In this document: piece by piece, positions 49,781-60,301 of the stretch
Numbering within the stretch: the stretch's first letter is position 1
Layout of the letters: every line of letters starts with the position of its first letter
Origin: a bacterium OM1 bin76
Lineage (GTDB): Bacteria; Actinomycetota; Acidimicrobiia; Spongiisociales; ZC4RG35
Reading direction: 5' to 3'
DNA length: 64,000 bases
Assembly: GCA_002238785.1 (NCBI GenBank)
Contig: MPNA01000011.1
Location: forward strand, 10,304-74,303
The notes under the pieces: model-generated
Seen by the model: the letters and a program-made list of their open reading frames with translations, nothing else
Database searches by the model: none
Told to the model about the DNA's origin: nothing
Made by a program: the position numbers and the translations under genes

Positions 49781-51274
49781 TCAGTCCGATTTGGGGAAGC
49801 CCAGATCCACGCCCCGATGGATGGGATCTGGCCAGCGGGATATCACCACCTTCTGGCGGGTGTAGAAGTTGACTCCCTCCGGTCCGTAGATGGCGTGGCC
49901 GCCGAACAGCGACTCTTTCCACCCTCCGAAGGAATAGAAGCTGAGCGGTACCGGGATGGGCAGGTTGATGCCCACCATTCCCACGGCGATCTCTCGTTGG
50001 AACTTGCGGGCGGCGCCGCCGTCGTTGGTGAACACCGCAGTGCCGTTCCCATAGGGGTTGGCGTTGATCAGATCAATCGCCTCCGTGTAACTGTCGGCCC
50101 GCACCACCGACAGCACCGGTCCGAAGATTTCATCCTGGTATATGGACATTGCCGGGTTCACCTGGTCGAACAGGCATGGTCCCAGAAAGAACCCGTCCTC
50201 GTATCCTTCCACGGCAAGGCCTCGCCCATCGGCCACCAGGTCGGCGCCCTCGGAAAGTCCCTGTTCGACGTATCCGGCCACCCGCCCGAGGTGCTCGGCC
50301 GTAACCAATGGGCCCATCTCGCTCTGGTCGTTGGCGCCCGGCCCCACCCGCAGCCGGTCGATGCGGTCGGTGACTCGAGGAATCAGCCGGTCGGCCGCGT
50401 CCCCAACCGCCACCACCACCGAAATGGCCATACACCGTTCTCCAGCCGATCCGTAGCCGGCGGAGACCGCCGCGTCCGCCGCCAGGTCCATGTCGGCGTC
50501 GGGCAGCACCACCATGTGGTTCTTGGCCCCGCCCAGCGCCTGCACACGCTTGCCGTTGCGAGCCGCGGTCTCGTATATGTAGCGAGCGATGGGAGTGGAG
50601 CCCACGAAGCTGACCGCTGCCACTTCCGGATGCTCTAGCAGACCGTCCACGGCTACCTTGTCACCATGCAAAACGTTCAACACCCCGTCCGGCAGACCGG
50701 CCTCCGAGAACAACTCCGCGGCGAGCATGGAAGGGGAAGGATCCTTTTCAGACGGTTTGAGAATAAAGGTGTTGCCGCAGGCTATGGCAACCGGATACAT
50801 CCACATCGGGACCATCACCGGGAAGTTGAAAGGGGTGATTCCAGCCACCACTCCCAGGGGTTGGCGGAATGAATAGGTATCCACTCCGGTGGAGACCTGC
50901 TCGGAGATCTCTCCCTTCAGTAGCTGAGGAATGCCACACACGTACTCGATGACTTCCAGGCCCCTCTGGACTTCCCCTAGGGCGTCATCCATGGTCTTGC
51001 CGTGCTCGGCAGTGATGAGCTTTGCCAGGTCGTGGCGGTGATCGTTCACCAGTTGTCGAAAGGCAAAGAGGATGCGTTGGCGGCGAACCACCGATGTGTC
51101 CCGCCACTCTCCGAAGGCCCGTGCGGCAGCGTCGACTGCCAGTTCCACCTCGGTCGGTCCGGCCATGGCCACTTCCCCGGTTTGGTGGCCCCGCGCCGGA
51201 TCGAACACCGGTCCGGTCCTTTCCGGTGGGTCCTCCAGCAGGCGCCCGCCGATCCAATGCTTCACTACGGACAT
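49781..51274 (-). CDS. mmsA: CoA-acylating methylmalonate-semialdehyde dehydrogenase
   Basis: Start moved to MSVVKHWIGG. FILKPSEKDP and GERCMA catalytic Cys. Length about 497 aa. Confidence 0.9.
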   Translation of the reverse strand: MSVVKHWIGGRLLEDPPERTGPVFDPARGHQTGEVAMAGPTEVELAVDAAARAFGEWRDTSVVRRQRILFAFRQLVNDHRHDLAKLITAEHGKTMDDALGEVQRGLEVIEYVCGIPQLLKGEISEQVSTGVDTYSFRQPLGVVAGITPFNFPVMVPMWMYPVAIACGNTFILKPSEKDPSPSMLAAELFSEAGLPDGVLNVLHGDKVAVDGLLEHPEVAAVSFVGSTPIARYIYETAARNGKRVQALGGAKNHMVVLPDADMDLAADAAVSAGYGSAGERCMAISVVVAVGDAADRLIPRVTDRIDRLRVGPGANDQSEMGPLVTAEHLGRVAGYVEQGLSEGADLVADGRGLAVEGYEDGFFLGPCLFDQVNPAMSIYQDEIFGPVLSVVRADSYTEAIDLINANPYGNGTAVFTNDGGAARKFQREIAVGMVGINLPIPVPLSFYSFGGWKESLFGGHAIYGPEGVNFYTRQKVVISRWPDPIHRGVDLGFPKSD

Positions 51275-51324
51275 AGGCAAAACCCTTCTCGCTCCATCGG
51301 TCTGATTGGGGCTTATGATATTCC

Positions 51325-51774
51325 TTGACCAGAAGGGGAGAACCGGTGATAGATGCTCCGCAACGTTTAGAGGCAATAGCCAATGGGTTGTCGATCGGCG
51401 GTGTCCAGCGACATATCTTCCTCTGTGCCGGGCAGTCCAAGCCGAGATGCGCCACCCGGGAAGAGTCGGATCTGGTGTGGCGGCACCTGAAGCGGCGTTG
51501 CAAGGATGAAGGGCTGGCGACCGCCCCTCCCCTGTGGTCGAGGAACCCCCGCTTGGAAGCCCAGCAAGAATCCCCTGGCGATGGTCTGCTGTTGAGGAAC
51601 AAAGTGGACTGTTTGCGAGTATGCGAACAGGGTCCGATAGCGGTGGTCTATCCCGAGGGCGTCTGGTACCGGGGGGTCACCACCGAGGTGCTGGATATGA
51701 TCATCGAACAGCACTTGGTGGGTGGCAGGATCGTAGAAGAATACGCCTTCGCTACCGGATCTCTGGAAAAATGA
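51325..51774 (+). CDS. Thioredoxin-like [2Fe-2S] ferredoxin-domain protein
   Basis: HIFLCAGQSKPRC ... VDCLRVCEQGP Cys pattern. Start uncertain. Confidence 0.65.
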   Translation: MTRRGEPVIDAPQRLEAIANGLSIGGVQRHIFLCAGQSKPRCATREESDLVWRHLKRRCKDEGLATAPPLWSRNPRLEAQQESPGDGLLLRNKVDCLRVCEQGPIAVVYPEGVWYRGVTTEVLDMIIEQHLVGGRIVEEYAFATGSLEK

Positions 51775-51862
51775 AATTTGTTGAGTTGTGGCGATTCTTA
51801 TTGAACAAAACAATTTCGGTGGGAAGTTCGCAGGTTTTGCAGCATCAGATCTGGTTTAGTCG

Positions 51863-53383
51863 TCAGATCCCCGGATCTCCATTATCGGGTAGCCGGACAG
51901 TCCACTCGTGGTCACGAGGGCTGAGCAGGCGCTCCGCTTCCTTGGGACCCCATGAACCGGCAGGATAGGGATGGGGACTGATGGCAGCCTCGAGCATCGG
52001 TGTATAGCGGCGCCAGGCTTCTTCCGCTTCATCGGAGCGGACGAACAGGGTCCGGTCTCCGGTCATCACATCGTAGAGGAGCGTCTCGTAGGCGTCGGGG
52101 AGACTTCCGAATGCCTCTTCGTAGGCGAAGGCCAGGGATCGGGTGTCCAGTTGGGGGTGGTCGGACGGCTTCTGTACATCGAACAGAAGATCGAATCCCT
52201 CGTGCGGTTGGAGTTTGAAATAGAGGACGTTGCCCTGCCGGCCACTCCTCTCGAAGGACTTGAACAGCGTGACCGGCGGCCCGTGGAAGGTCACCGCCAC
52301 CTGGGTGAGGCGACTGTGCATGCGTTTGCCGGTGCGCAGGTAGAAGGGAACCCCCTGCCAACGCCAACTGTCCACGAACACCCGGAGGGCGGCGTAGGTG
52401 GGCGTGACCGAACCCGGGGTTACACCCTGCTCCTCCAGATAACCCGAGACCGACCTTCCGTTGGCTTGACCGGCGGTGTACTGACCGAATACCACGTCGT
52501 CGGGGCGCAGGGGGCGGACCGACTGGAGTATCTTGACCTTCTCATCCCGGATGGCCTCGGCGTCGAAGGAGACCGGCGGTTCCATCGCCACTAGGCTGAG
52601 CAACTGGGTTAGGTGGTTCTGGACCATGTCTCTCAGGGCGCCTGACCGGTCGTAATAGGCGGCCCGTTGGCCGATCCCTACCGCCTCGGCCACCGTGATC
52701 TGGATGTTGTCGATGCGGTCCCGATTCCAGACCGACTCGAAGAGGGGATTGGCGAAGCGGAACACCAATAGATTCTGAACAGTGGCCTTCCCCAGATAGT
52801 GATCTATGCGGTAGATCTGCGGCTCGTCAAAGCACCCGTGGAGTACCCTGTTCAGCGCCACGGCCGATTCGACGTCGACGCCGAACGGTTTCTCGACCAC
52901 CAGACGGGTCCATCCCGCGCTGTGGGCCAGACCCGATGCTCCTAAACCCCTCACAGTCGGGCCAATGGCGGCCGGCGGCAGGGCGAGGTAGAAGATGCGG
53001 TTGCCGGAAAGGCCGTGCGCCGCCTCGATGCGCTCGATCCGGTTGCGGAGAGCCCGGTAGGCATGAGCCTCTCCGGTCCCGATCGACTGGAAGTACAAGG
53101 CCTCATCGCACCAATCACCCGGATCGGCGTACTCCTCTCCAAGTTGGGCCTGTCCGCGAGAGATACCTTCTATCGATACTCGGGAAAGTGCCCGGAAGTC
53201 TTCGTCCTCCATTTGCGAACGGGCTACTCCGAGAATCAAGAAGCGATCCGCCAGGTTGTATTGTCGGACCAGGTGGTAGAGAGCCGGGACGAGCTTTTGC
53301 CGGAAGAGGTCACCGGTGGCGCCGAACACCACCAGCAGGTGGCGGTCCACCGCTCCTGGCCCCGCAACGGGTAGTGATTCCAC
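51863..53383 (-). CDS. zwf: Glucose-6-phosphate dehydrogenase
   Basis: VVFGATGDLFRQKL NADP motif and RIDHYLGK active-site motif. Confidence 0.92.
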   Translation of the reverse strand: MESLPVAGPGAVDRHLLVVFGATGDLFRQKLVPALYHLVRQYNLADRFLILGVARSQMEDEDFRALSRVSIEGISRGQAQLGEEYADPGDWCDEALYFQSIGTGEAHAYRALRNRIERIEAAHGLSGNRIFYLALPPAAIGPTVRGLGASGLAHSAGWTRLVVEKPFGVDVESAVALNRVLHGCFDEPQIYRIDHYLGKATVQNLLVFRFANPLFESVWNRDRIDNIQITVAEAVGIGQRAAYYDRSGALRDMVQNHLTQLLSLVAMEPPVSFDAEAIRDEKVKILQSVRPLRPDDVVFGQYTAGQANGRSVSGYLEEQGVTPGSVTPTYAALRVFVDSWRWQGVPFYLRTGKRMHSRLTQVAVTFHGPPVTLFKSFERSGRQGNVLYFKLQPHEGFDLLFDVQKPSDHPQLDTRSLAFAYEEAFGSLPDAYETLLYDVMTGDRTLFVRSDEAEEAWRRYTPMLEAAISPHPYPAGSWGPKEAERLLSPRDHEWTVRLPDNGDPGI

Positions 53384-53556
53384 TTGTCGTACTCCCTATG
53401 GACGCTTGACACTTGATTTGCTGAAACGGGGTCGAGTTCCTGGCTTGAAGAGCTCCAATCACCCGTTAGCAGGCCTTTCGTGGCGAATGGTAGAACACCA
53501 AGGGGCAAGTGCGGTGATGGTATATTTTCGACGCCAGTTGCTGCCGTCCGGTCTCC

Positions 53557-54744
53557 GTGGTGGACCTTGCGGCGACCACTACCTTTGTGAGAGTGCTGTC
53601 TCGTCGTCTGCTGTTGGGCACGGTGCTGGCCGTCGCCATGGCAGCTGCCACTCTTGCCCCCATAGTCTTCGGTGTTCTCGCTTCGGAGTTGATATCTTCG
53701 TTGGGAATTGATCGGTGGCAGGTGGGAATGCTGGTGAGCGCTTCCACCTTGGGAGGCGCCTTCCTTTCGGTCTGGTTGGGAAGATTGGCTGACAGGATCG
53801 GTGGCAGACGGGCAACGATTGCCACGCTGACGGTGGCGGGGGCGTCCCTGCTGCTAATTGGTGCGGCGCCCGGTCTCATCTTCATGGCAATAGCGGCTTC
53901 CTTTGCCGGGATAGCCTCGGCCAGTTCCAATCCGGCCACCAACAAGCTGATTTCCACCGAGTATCCCACCGGCAGCCAGGGACTGATTGTGGGACTGAAG
54001 CAATCGGGCGTTCAGATAGGGGTGTTTCTCGGAGGTTGGCTGCTGCCCGTCTTTACCATCTGGTGGGGCTGGCGATGGGCGGTAGTGCCATTCGCAGTGA
54101 TTCCGCTGGCCCTGGCAGGCATCTACTGGCTGGCGACAACGCATGTCATGCCAACTCCCGGTGATGCAGCCGACATCCCGTCGGGCTATCTGCCCAAGTT
54201 GATATACCGCCTGGCAGTGTACGGATTCATGATGGGGACCGGCATGTCGGTGTTGCTCACCTATCTGCCTCTGTTTGCCGAGGAGGTGTTCGGCATGAGC
54301 CAGGAACTGGGTGGTCTGGCGGTGGCCGTTACGGGCTTGGTGGGAATTGCGGCCCGGCTGGGGTGGGCGCACTTGGCTGAAGGGCGCCTCGGATCAGTGC
54401 CGAGTCTGAGGATCATTGCCCTGCTGGCGGTAGCCACGGGGGTTGTACTAGCGGTCGGGGATCAGTTGGGAGGCTGGTCCGTCTGGCTGGCTGCGGTCCT
54501 GACTGGTCTCAGTGGCAGTGCCTGGAACGCAGTGGGCATGTTGGCGATAATCCAGATGCTCCCAACCTCTCTGGCTGGTCGAGGGTCGGGGGTGGTGCTG
54601 TTCGGATTCTTGGGGGGTCTCAGCCTGGGAGCGCCTCTGGTTGGATGGTCGGTGGACACCTGGGGGACTTATACGCCGGGTTGGATAGCGATCACCGTTC
54701 TGTTCGCGGTCGGGTATTTCGTCATGGGCCTAGATCGTCGGTAA
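53557..54744 (+). CDS. MFS transporter, paralogue 1 of 3
   Basis: GTG start. 12-TM. Shares FGVLASELI..LGI(D/E)RWQ(V/L)GML and SNPATNKLIS, WWGWRW motifs with the next two genes. Confidence 0.8.
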   Translation: MVDLAATTTFVRVLSRRLLLGTVLAVAMAAATLAPIVFGVLASELISSLGIDRWQVGMLVSASTLGGAFLSVWLGRLADRIGGRRATIATLTVAGASLLLIGAAPGLIFMAIAASFAGIASASSNPATNKLISTEYPTGSQGLIVGLKQSGVQIGVFLGGWLLPVFTIWWGWRWAVVPFAVIPLALAGIYWLATTHVMPTPGDAADIPSGYLPKLIYRLAVYGFMMGTGMSVLLTYLPLFAEEVFGMSQELGGLAVAVTGLVGIAARLGWAHLAEGRLGSVPSLRIIALLAVATGVVLAVGDQLGGWSVWLAAVLTGLSGSAWNAVGMLAIIQMLPTSLAGRGSGVVLFGFLGGLSLGAPLVGWSVDTWGTYTPGWIAITVLFAVGYFVMGLDRR

Positions 54745-54830
54745 CTCTCCCGCAGGGCGGCCCGCATCATTACCACCTGGACGGTAAAGCCCCCCAGAGG
54801 GCTGGAGCCTTGGGCCCCCTGCGGTGTGTT

Positions 54831-56060
54831 ATGTTGGAGTGTCTGAAGTTCACTCCCCATCTCCGCCTGGTGTCGGTGCTGGTTGTGACCATGGCTTCCG
54901 TGACCTTGGCCATCACCACCTTCGGGGTTCTCGCCTCCGAGTTGATTTCTGCCATGGGTATCGAGCGTTGGCAGTTGGGAATGCTCGCCACCGCCGGCAC
55001 CCTGAGCGGTGCCCTATTCTCGTCTCGACTGGGTAGGTGGGTTGATCTGGTCGGTGGTCGACGGGCCACAGTGACGACCCTCATAGTTGCCGGAGTCTCT
55101 CTGTTCTGTGTGGGAGTGGCGCCGGATTTCTCTCTGATGGTCGGTGCAGCATTCCTGAGCGGGGTTGCATCGGCCATCTCCAATCCGGCTACCAACAAGC
55201 TGATTTCCTTGGAAATCGAGCCGGGTCGGCGGGGAGTGGTTATCGGCATCAAGCAATCGGGAGTGCAACTCAGCATTTTCTTGGGAGGATGGTTGCTGCC
55301 GGTCTTCACCAACTGGTGGGGTTGGCGATGGGCAGTGTTGGTATTTGCGGCGGCGCCGTTGGTGGTGGGGGTCCTCTCCATGGTCACGGATTCTGCGGGA
55401 GAGGTTGCCGGCTCGGGGCCGGATATCAGGGGGGTGCCGGGAGAAGCCGATCAGGAGTCTGTGGGTCGACTGCCCCCGGTAGTCCGCCGTCTGACCCTAT
55501 ATGGATTCCTGTTGGGGATGGGAGTGGTGGTAATGGTGGTGTATTTGCCGCTCTACGCCGAGGAAGTCATGGGGATGAGCCGGGGCCAGGCCGGATTGGT
55601 TCTGGCCGTGACCGGGCCGGTGGGGATCATTGCCCGTATCGGATGGGGGCGCGCAGCAGAGGGCAGGCTGGGGATGGTTCGGAGTCTGATGGTCATTGCC
55701 CTCTTGGGAGTGGTGTCAGGCATTGGCCTGTCCTTTGGGGACCAATTGGGGATATGGGTGATCTGGGCCGCGGCCGCAGTGGTCGGTCTTAGTGTCTTCG
55801 CATGGACATCAGTGGGAATGCTGGCAGTGATCGAAGTTCTCCCCGCCTCTCTTGCCGGGAGGGGTTCGGGAAGTGTCTACTTCGGCTTTATCAGTGGCTT
55901 CGGCGTGGGTGCTCCCTTGTTCGGGTGGTCGGTGGACCACCTGGGGACCTATACGCCGGGTTGGATGGCGATCACCATTCTGTTTGCGATAGGGTTTTGG
56001 GTCATCTTTGCAGTCAAGGGTGACGGAGCCATCGCCGGGCCGATCAAATCGGGATTGTAA
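54831..56060 (+). CDS. MFS transporter, paralogue 2 of 3
   Basis: Start moved to MLECLKF (M63 of the tracked ORF). Same motif set. Confidence 0.8.
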   Translation: MLECLKFTPHLRLVSVLVVTMASVTLAITTFGVLASELISAMGIERWQLGMLATAGTLSGALFSSRLGRWVDLVGGRRATVTTLIVAGVSLFCVGVAPDFSLMVGAAFLSGVASAISNPATNKLISLEIEPGRRGVVIGIKQSGVQLSIFLGGWLLPVFTNWWGWRWAVLVFAAAPLVVGVLSMVTDSAGEVAGSGPDIRGVPGEADQESVGRLPPVVRRLTLYGFLLGMGVVVMVVYLPLYAEEVMGMSRGQAGLVLAVTGPVGIIARIGWGRAAEGRLGMVRSLMVIALLGVVSGIGLSFGDQLGIWVIWAAAAVVGLSVFAWTSVGMLAVIEVLPASLAGRGSGSVYFGFISGFGVGAPLFGWSVDHLGTYTPGWMAITILFAIGFWVIFAVKGDGAIAGPIKSGL

Positions 56061-56149
56061 AGGTCGCCCTTTCTCGTCCTTGTTAAGGGGAATGCTCGTA
56101 CTCCCTCCCCGCTGCGGGGTTCTCCTCGTCGTTAGTACGGTTATCTGAT

Positions 56150-57361
56150 GTGAATCCTCCTCGGGTGGCCCTCGGCACGGTCTTGGTTGTCACGATGGCG
56201 TCGGCCACCTTCGGGTTCGCGGTGTTTGGTGTTCTCGCCTCCGAGTTGATCCTCCACCTGGGGATCGAACGCTGGCAGTTAGGAATGCTGGTCAGCGTTG
56301 CAACCCTGGGGGGTGGGGCGTTGTCTCCCTTGATAGGGAGATGGGTCGATGAGGTGGGCGGACGTCGGGCTGTTACCACGACCCTGGTGTTGTCGGCGGT
56401 GGTGCTCGTCACGCTCGGGGCGGCGCCGGAGTTTTCCTTGATAGTGGGCGCCGCCTTCTTGACCGGGCTGGCAACAGCCATCTCCAATCCGGCCACCAAC
56501 AAGCTGATCTCAGTGGAGGCCGAGCCCGGTCGTCAGGGTTTCATCGTGGGAGTGAAGCAGACGGGTTCGCTGGTCAGCGCCGCCGTCGGGGGCTTGTTTC
56601 TTCCGATACTCACGGATTGGTGGGGATGGCGGTGGGCTGTGATCGCGTTTGCCGCGGTGCCGCTGGCCTTTGGGGTTCCTTCCATGGTGAGAGGCGTGCG
56701 GCTCAGGACAGCAGCATCGGCGCCTCCCGAGAACGGCATGAAGAATGAACCCCGGGCGACTAGGGACCGGTTACCGGGATGGGTATATCGTTTGACGATC
56801 TATTGCTTCCTGATGGGAGCGGCCATCACGGCCGTGCTCACCTATCTGCCTCTATACGCTCAGGAGGCCCTGGGAATGAGCCAGGGGGAAGCGGGTCGCG
56901 CCCTGTCGATTTCCGGATGGGTGGGGATTGCCGGTTTGGCTGGGTGGACTCGTCTCGCCGAGGGCCGGTTTGGAGCGGTGCGTAGCTTGATGGTCATTAC
57001 GTGTTTGGGGGCTGGTCTGGGGTTTGTCCTGGCCTATGCGCAGGAACTGGGCACTTGGTCGATCTGGTTGGCGGGGTTGCTGACCGGTCTGAGCGGCAGC
57101 GCCTGGAACGCGGTGTGCATGCTGGTGGCGATCCAGGGGCTCTCGGGCTCCCTGACCGGCAAGGGCTCGGGGGTGATGCTCGCCGGGGCGCTGGGCGGTG
57201 GGGGATTGGGAGCACCGCTACTCGGCTGGTCGGTCGACCTTCTCGGTAGGTACCGGCCGGGGTGGCTGGTAGCGGCCGGCTTCTCTCTGGCAGCCCTGTT
57301 GGTGGCGGCAACGGTCAGGGGCGAAAGGGGCCTCCCCCGTCGCACCCGGGGCAGCGGGTGA
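56150..57361 (+). CDS. MFS transporter, paralogue 3 of 3
   Basis: Same motif set (FGVLASELILHLGIERWQLGML, SNPATNKLIS, WWGWRW). Confidence 0.8.
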   Translation: MNPPRVALGTVLVVTMASATFGFAVFGVLASELILHLGIERWQLGMLVSVATLGGGALSPLIGRWVDEVGGRRAVTTTLVLSAVVLVTLGAAPEFSLIVGAAFLTGLATAISNPATNKLISVEAEPGRQGFIVGVKQTGSLVSAAVGGLFLPILTDWWGWRWAVIAFAAVPLAFGVPSMVRGVRLRTAASAPPENGMKNEPRATRDRLPGWVYRLTIYCFLMGAAITAVLTYLPLYAQEALGMSQGEAGRALSISGWVGIAGLAGWTRLAEGRFGAVRSLMVITCLGAGLGFVLAYAQELGTWSIWLAGLLTGLSGSAWNAVCMLVAIQGLSGSLTGKGSGVMLAGALGGGGLGAPLLGWSVDLLGRYRPGWLVAAGFSLAALLVAATVRGERGLPRRTRGSG

Positions 57362-57362
57362 C

Positions 57363-58013
57363 TCAGGATCGAAGTATCACCGTTACTCCATCTGCGAAGG
57401 GGAGCATCACAGCTTCGAAGTCGGCAGAAGTGGAGACCATCTCGTTGAGGCGTCGGATCCCTTCGGTGGCGTCGGTGTGATCCTCGGGGTCGATCACTCG
57501 ACCCGACCACAATGTGTTGTCGGCCACGATCACCCCACCGGGCCTCACCAGTTGCTTCAGCATTTCGAGATACAGGGGATAGTTTGGCTTGTCTGCATCG
57601 AGAAAAGCCATGTCGAAAGGACCCGCCAGGTCGGTCAGAGTGTCCAGCGCCGGACCCAGCAACAGGGTTACGCGATCGGCCACGCCTTCTTCTCGCCACG
57701 CTTGCCGCGCTAAGGCGGTGTACTCCTCGGAGATATCGCAGCACACGATCTCTCCGCCTTCCGGTAAGGCTGCGGCCATGAACAGAGACGACAGGCCGGT
57801 GAATGTGCCGATCTCCAAGACTCTCCTGGCGCCGACCAGCCTAACCAGCCATGCCAGAAACGCGCCCTGTATAGGATCGACTTGCATCTGTGACACATCT
57901 GGAAAGAGGGCGGCGGTCTGTTCCATCACCCGGCGGCCCACCTCGCTCACCGGGCTGGAATGGGCGACCGCGTACCTTGCCAGGTCGGGGTTGTTGGCAA
58001 GGTATCTCTCCAT
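57363..58013 (-). CDS. Class I SAM-dependent O-methyltransferase (caffeoyl-CoA OMT-like)
   Basis: VLEIGTFTGLS SAM motif, FLDADKPNY, metal-binding Asp pattern. Confidence 0.85.
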   Translation of the reverse strand: MERYLANNPDLARYAVAHSSPVSEVGRRVMEQTAALFPDVSQMQVDPIQGAFLAWLVRLVGARRVLEIGTFTGLSSLFMAAALPEGGEIVCCDISEEYTALARQAWREEGVADRVTLLLGPALDTLTDLAGPFDMAFLDADKPNYPLYLEMLKQLVRPGGVIVADNTLWSGRVIDPEDHTDATEGIRRLNEMVSTSADFEAVMLPFADGVTVILRS

Positions 58014-58124
58014 AGGAATGTAGGTTAGATCTACCCCTTGCAGCTAAGCCCGCTGGGTGCCATTGGCACCCGACTCATTCAAGGTCTTTCCAGGGACACG
58101 TTCTACTTGGAGCGTCGCTCCGGA

Positions 58125-58970
58125 TCATGAACCGTGGGCATCGTCCCAGGAGACTATCGGGTTGCGGAGCACACCGATACGTTCTATTTCCGCCTCCATG
58201 ACATCGCCCGGCTTGAGGTACAGGGACTCAGCATCCAGGCTGAATCCGGCCACTCCGGAAACCGTCCCGGTGGAGAGAACGTCGCCAGCGCTGTAGCCCA
58301 TCGGGGAGTAGTGGGACACGATCTCCTGGATCGTCACCGACATGTTCCCCGTGTTGGAGACCTGCCGCCTCTCGCCGTTCACGCGCAGTTCGACATTGAG
58401 AGAGTGGGGATCGCCGACCTCGTCGGGGGTGACTATCCAGGGTCCGATCGGACAGAAGGTGTCTATCCCCTTGCAGAAGGAGAAGACACCGGACTTCATC
58501 TCCCTGCGCTGGATGTCACGGGCTGTCATGTCATTGAAGATCAGGTAGCCGGCTATGTACTCGTCAGCCTCTTCCGCCGAGAAGAACTTCCCGGACTTTC
58601 CGATGACCACCGCAAGTTCCAATTCGTAATCAAGCTCACTGGTCAGTTGGTGGGGGTAGACGATAGGGTCGTCGGGTCCTATGATGGCGTCGATGTTCTG
58701 GAAGAACACGATCCAAGGCAGAACTGGGTGCGACCAGTTGACCCTGAGCGACTCCTCATGGTGTTCCTTGTAGTTGCCGGCGGTGTGGAAGAACTTCTTG
58801 GGTATGATCGGCGCCTCGATCTTGACCTCGGAGAGACCGTAGTCCGCTCCGGTCTCTTCCACGTCGCCGCCCCGCTCGAAGTACTGCCTCATTGTGGCGA
58901 CATCGAGTTGGACTACGCGGTCACCCTCAATACGCCCGACTTTCCCACCACTGAATGTAGCCAACTTCAT
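58125..58970 (-). CDS. Fumarylacetoacetate hydrolase (FAH) family protein
   Basis: ELDYELELAVVIGK and FNDMTARD motifs. Confidence 0.9.
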   Translation of the reverse strand: MKLATFSGGKVGRIEGDRVVQLDVATMRQYFERGGDVEETGADYGLSEVKIEAPIIPKKFFHTAGNYKEHHEESLRVNWSHPVLPWIVFFQNIDAIIGPDDPIVYPHQLTSELDYELELAVVIGKSGKFFSAEEADEYIAGYLIFNDMTARDIQRREMKSGVFSFCKGIDTFCPIGPWIVTPDEVGDPHSLNVELRVNGERRQVSNTGNMSVTIQEIVSHYSPMGYSAGDVLSTGTVSGVAGFSLDAESLYLKPGDVMEAEIERIGVLRNPIVSWDDAHGS

Positions 58971-59061
58971 TTAAGACCTCTGCCGAGTTGATTGCACAAC
59001 TCGATCCAGCCTAGTGATCGTCGGCAACCGTAGTTCAATCAGGCCATACCAGTTTGCCCAG

Positions 59062-60255
59062 CTAGACGCCTTGTTTTGAGGTTAAGGCCTTGACCATCTC
59101 CACGAATCCTTCGTTCGAGACCAATCCCCCGGCTCTTATTGCCCGCTGCTTCACCCGCTCTAGCAGGATGGCGTGGTACTCCTTGGGGATGTCGAGGCCC
59201 AGTTCGTCAGCCTTGATCTTGATACTGGCCAGTCCGCTCTTCTTTCCCAGGACCAGTCCTCGCTCGGCGCCCACTAGGGTCGAGGAATAGGGCTCGATGG
59301 CGGTTGGGTCGTGAAACTGGGATGCCACCGCCCCGCTTTCCCTTATGAAGAGATTCCGGCCGGTGACAGGCTTCCAAGGTGCTAGGTGGTAACCGGACAG
59401 TTTTTGGACTGTGTCAGCCACCTCCACGATGTTCTCAAGCCTCATGGCGGTCCGGCCTCCGTAGACAGCTTCGAAGGCGATGGCAAACTCGGCGATGTCC
59501 ATGTTCCCGGCCCGTTCTCCCATGCCGTTGATGGTTCCCTGGACCCAGTCCGCCCCTGCTCGAACCGCCTCCAGGGCCCCGGCCGTGGCTAGACCGAAGT
59601 CATCATGGCCATGCCAGTGGATGGGAATGTCATCCCCCACCCACGAACGAGCCTGGGTCACCATATCTGCGGCTGCCTCCGGGGCTGCTATTCCCAGGGT
59701 GTCCACCAAGGCGATCTCGGCGGCCCCGGCTGCGATCGACTTGGTGTAGATCTCGTCCAGAAACCCGAAATCGGCTCTGCTGCCGTCAACCCCGAAGAAA
59801 CAGACGTGAATCCCATTGTCGACCGCGAAACGCACCGAATCAATCACCCGCCGGCTGACAACTTCGCGGGTTAGCCCATAGGCCGATAGCTTGCCATCGC
59901 TCACGGGTGTCTCGATGACCGCCGCTTTCACTCCCAGGTCGACCAATTGTTCCACATCGGCTTTCACGGCCCTGGAAAACCCCCAGATCTCGGCCCCTAG
60001 CCCGGCGGCGAGTATCAGACGAAAGGCCTCTACGTCATCTTGGGAGACGCGGGGGAAGCCCGCTTCTATCCGGTCGACACCCAGGCGATCCAGGGCAAGT
60101 GCTATCTCGAGCTTCGCCTCGGGGCCCAGTGCGACGCCAACGGTCTGCTCCCCGTCGCGAAGGGTGGTGTCATAGATGCCGACACCCCGTTCCAGAGCCT
60201 TGTCGGAAGCGACTTCGTTGAACGATCCCGTCCAAACCAAATGGCGATCAAGCAT
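59062..60255 (-). CDS. DRE-TIM metallolyase, homocitrate/2-isopropylmalate synthase-like (no LeuA regulatory domain)
   Basis: IYDTTLRDGEQ N-terminal motif and HWHGHDDFGLATA metal-site motif. 397 aa. Confidence 0.85.
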   Translation of the reverse strand: MLDRHLVWTGSFNEVASDKALERGVGIYDTTLRDGEQTVGVALGPEAKLEIALALDRLGVDRIEAGFPRVSQDDVEAFRLILAAGLGAEIWGFSRAVKADVEQLVDLGVKAAVIETPVSDGKLSAYGLTREVVSRRVIDSVRFAVDNGIHVCFFGVDGSRADFGFLDEIYTKSIAAGAAEIALVDTLGIAAPEAAADMVTQARSWVGDDIPIHWHGHDDFGLATAGALEAVRAGADWVQGTINGMGERAGNMDIAEFAIAFEAVYGGRTAMRLENIVEVADTVQKLSGYHLAPWKPVTGRNLFIRESGAVASQFHDPTAIEPYSSTLVGAERGLVLGKKSGLASIKIKADELGLDIPKEYHAILLERVKQRAIRAGGLVSNEGFVEMVKALTSKQGV

Positions 60256-60301
60256 GAGTCCTCGCAGTCACGAATGCTGGGCGGATTATATGTTCCAAGG
60301 G

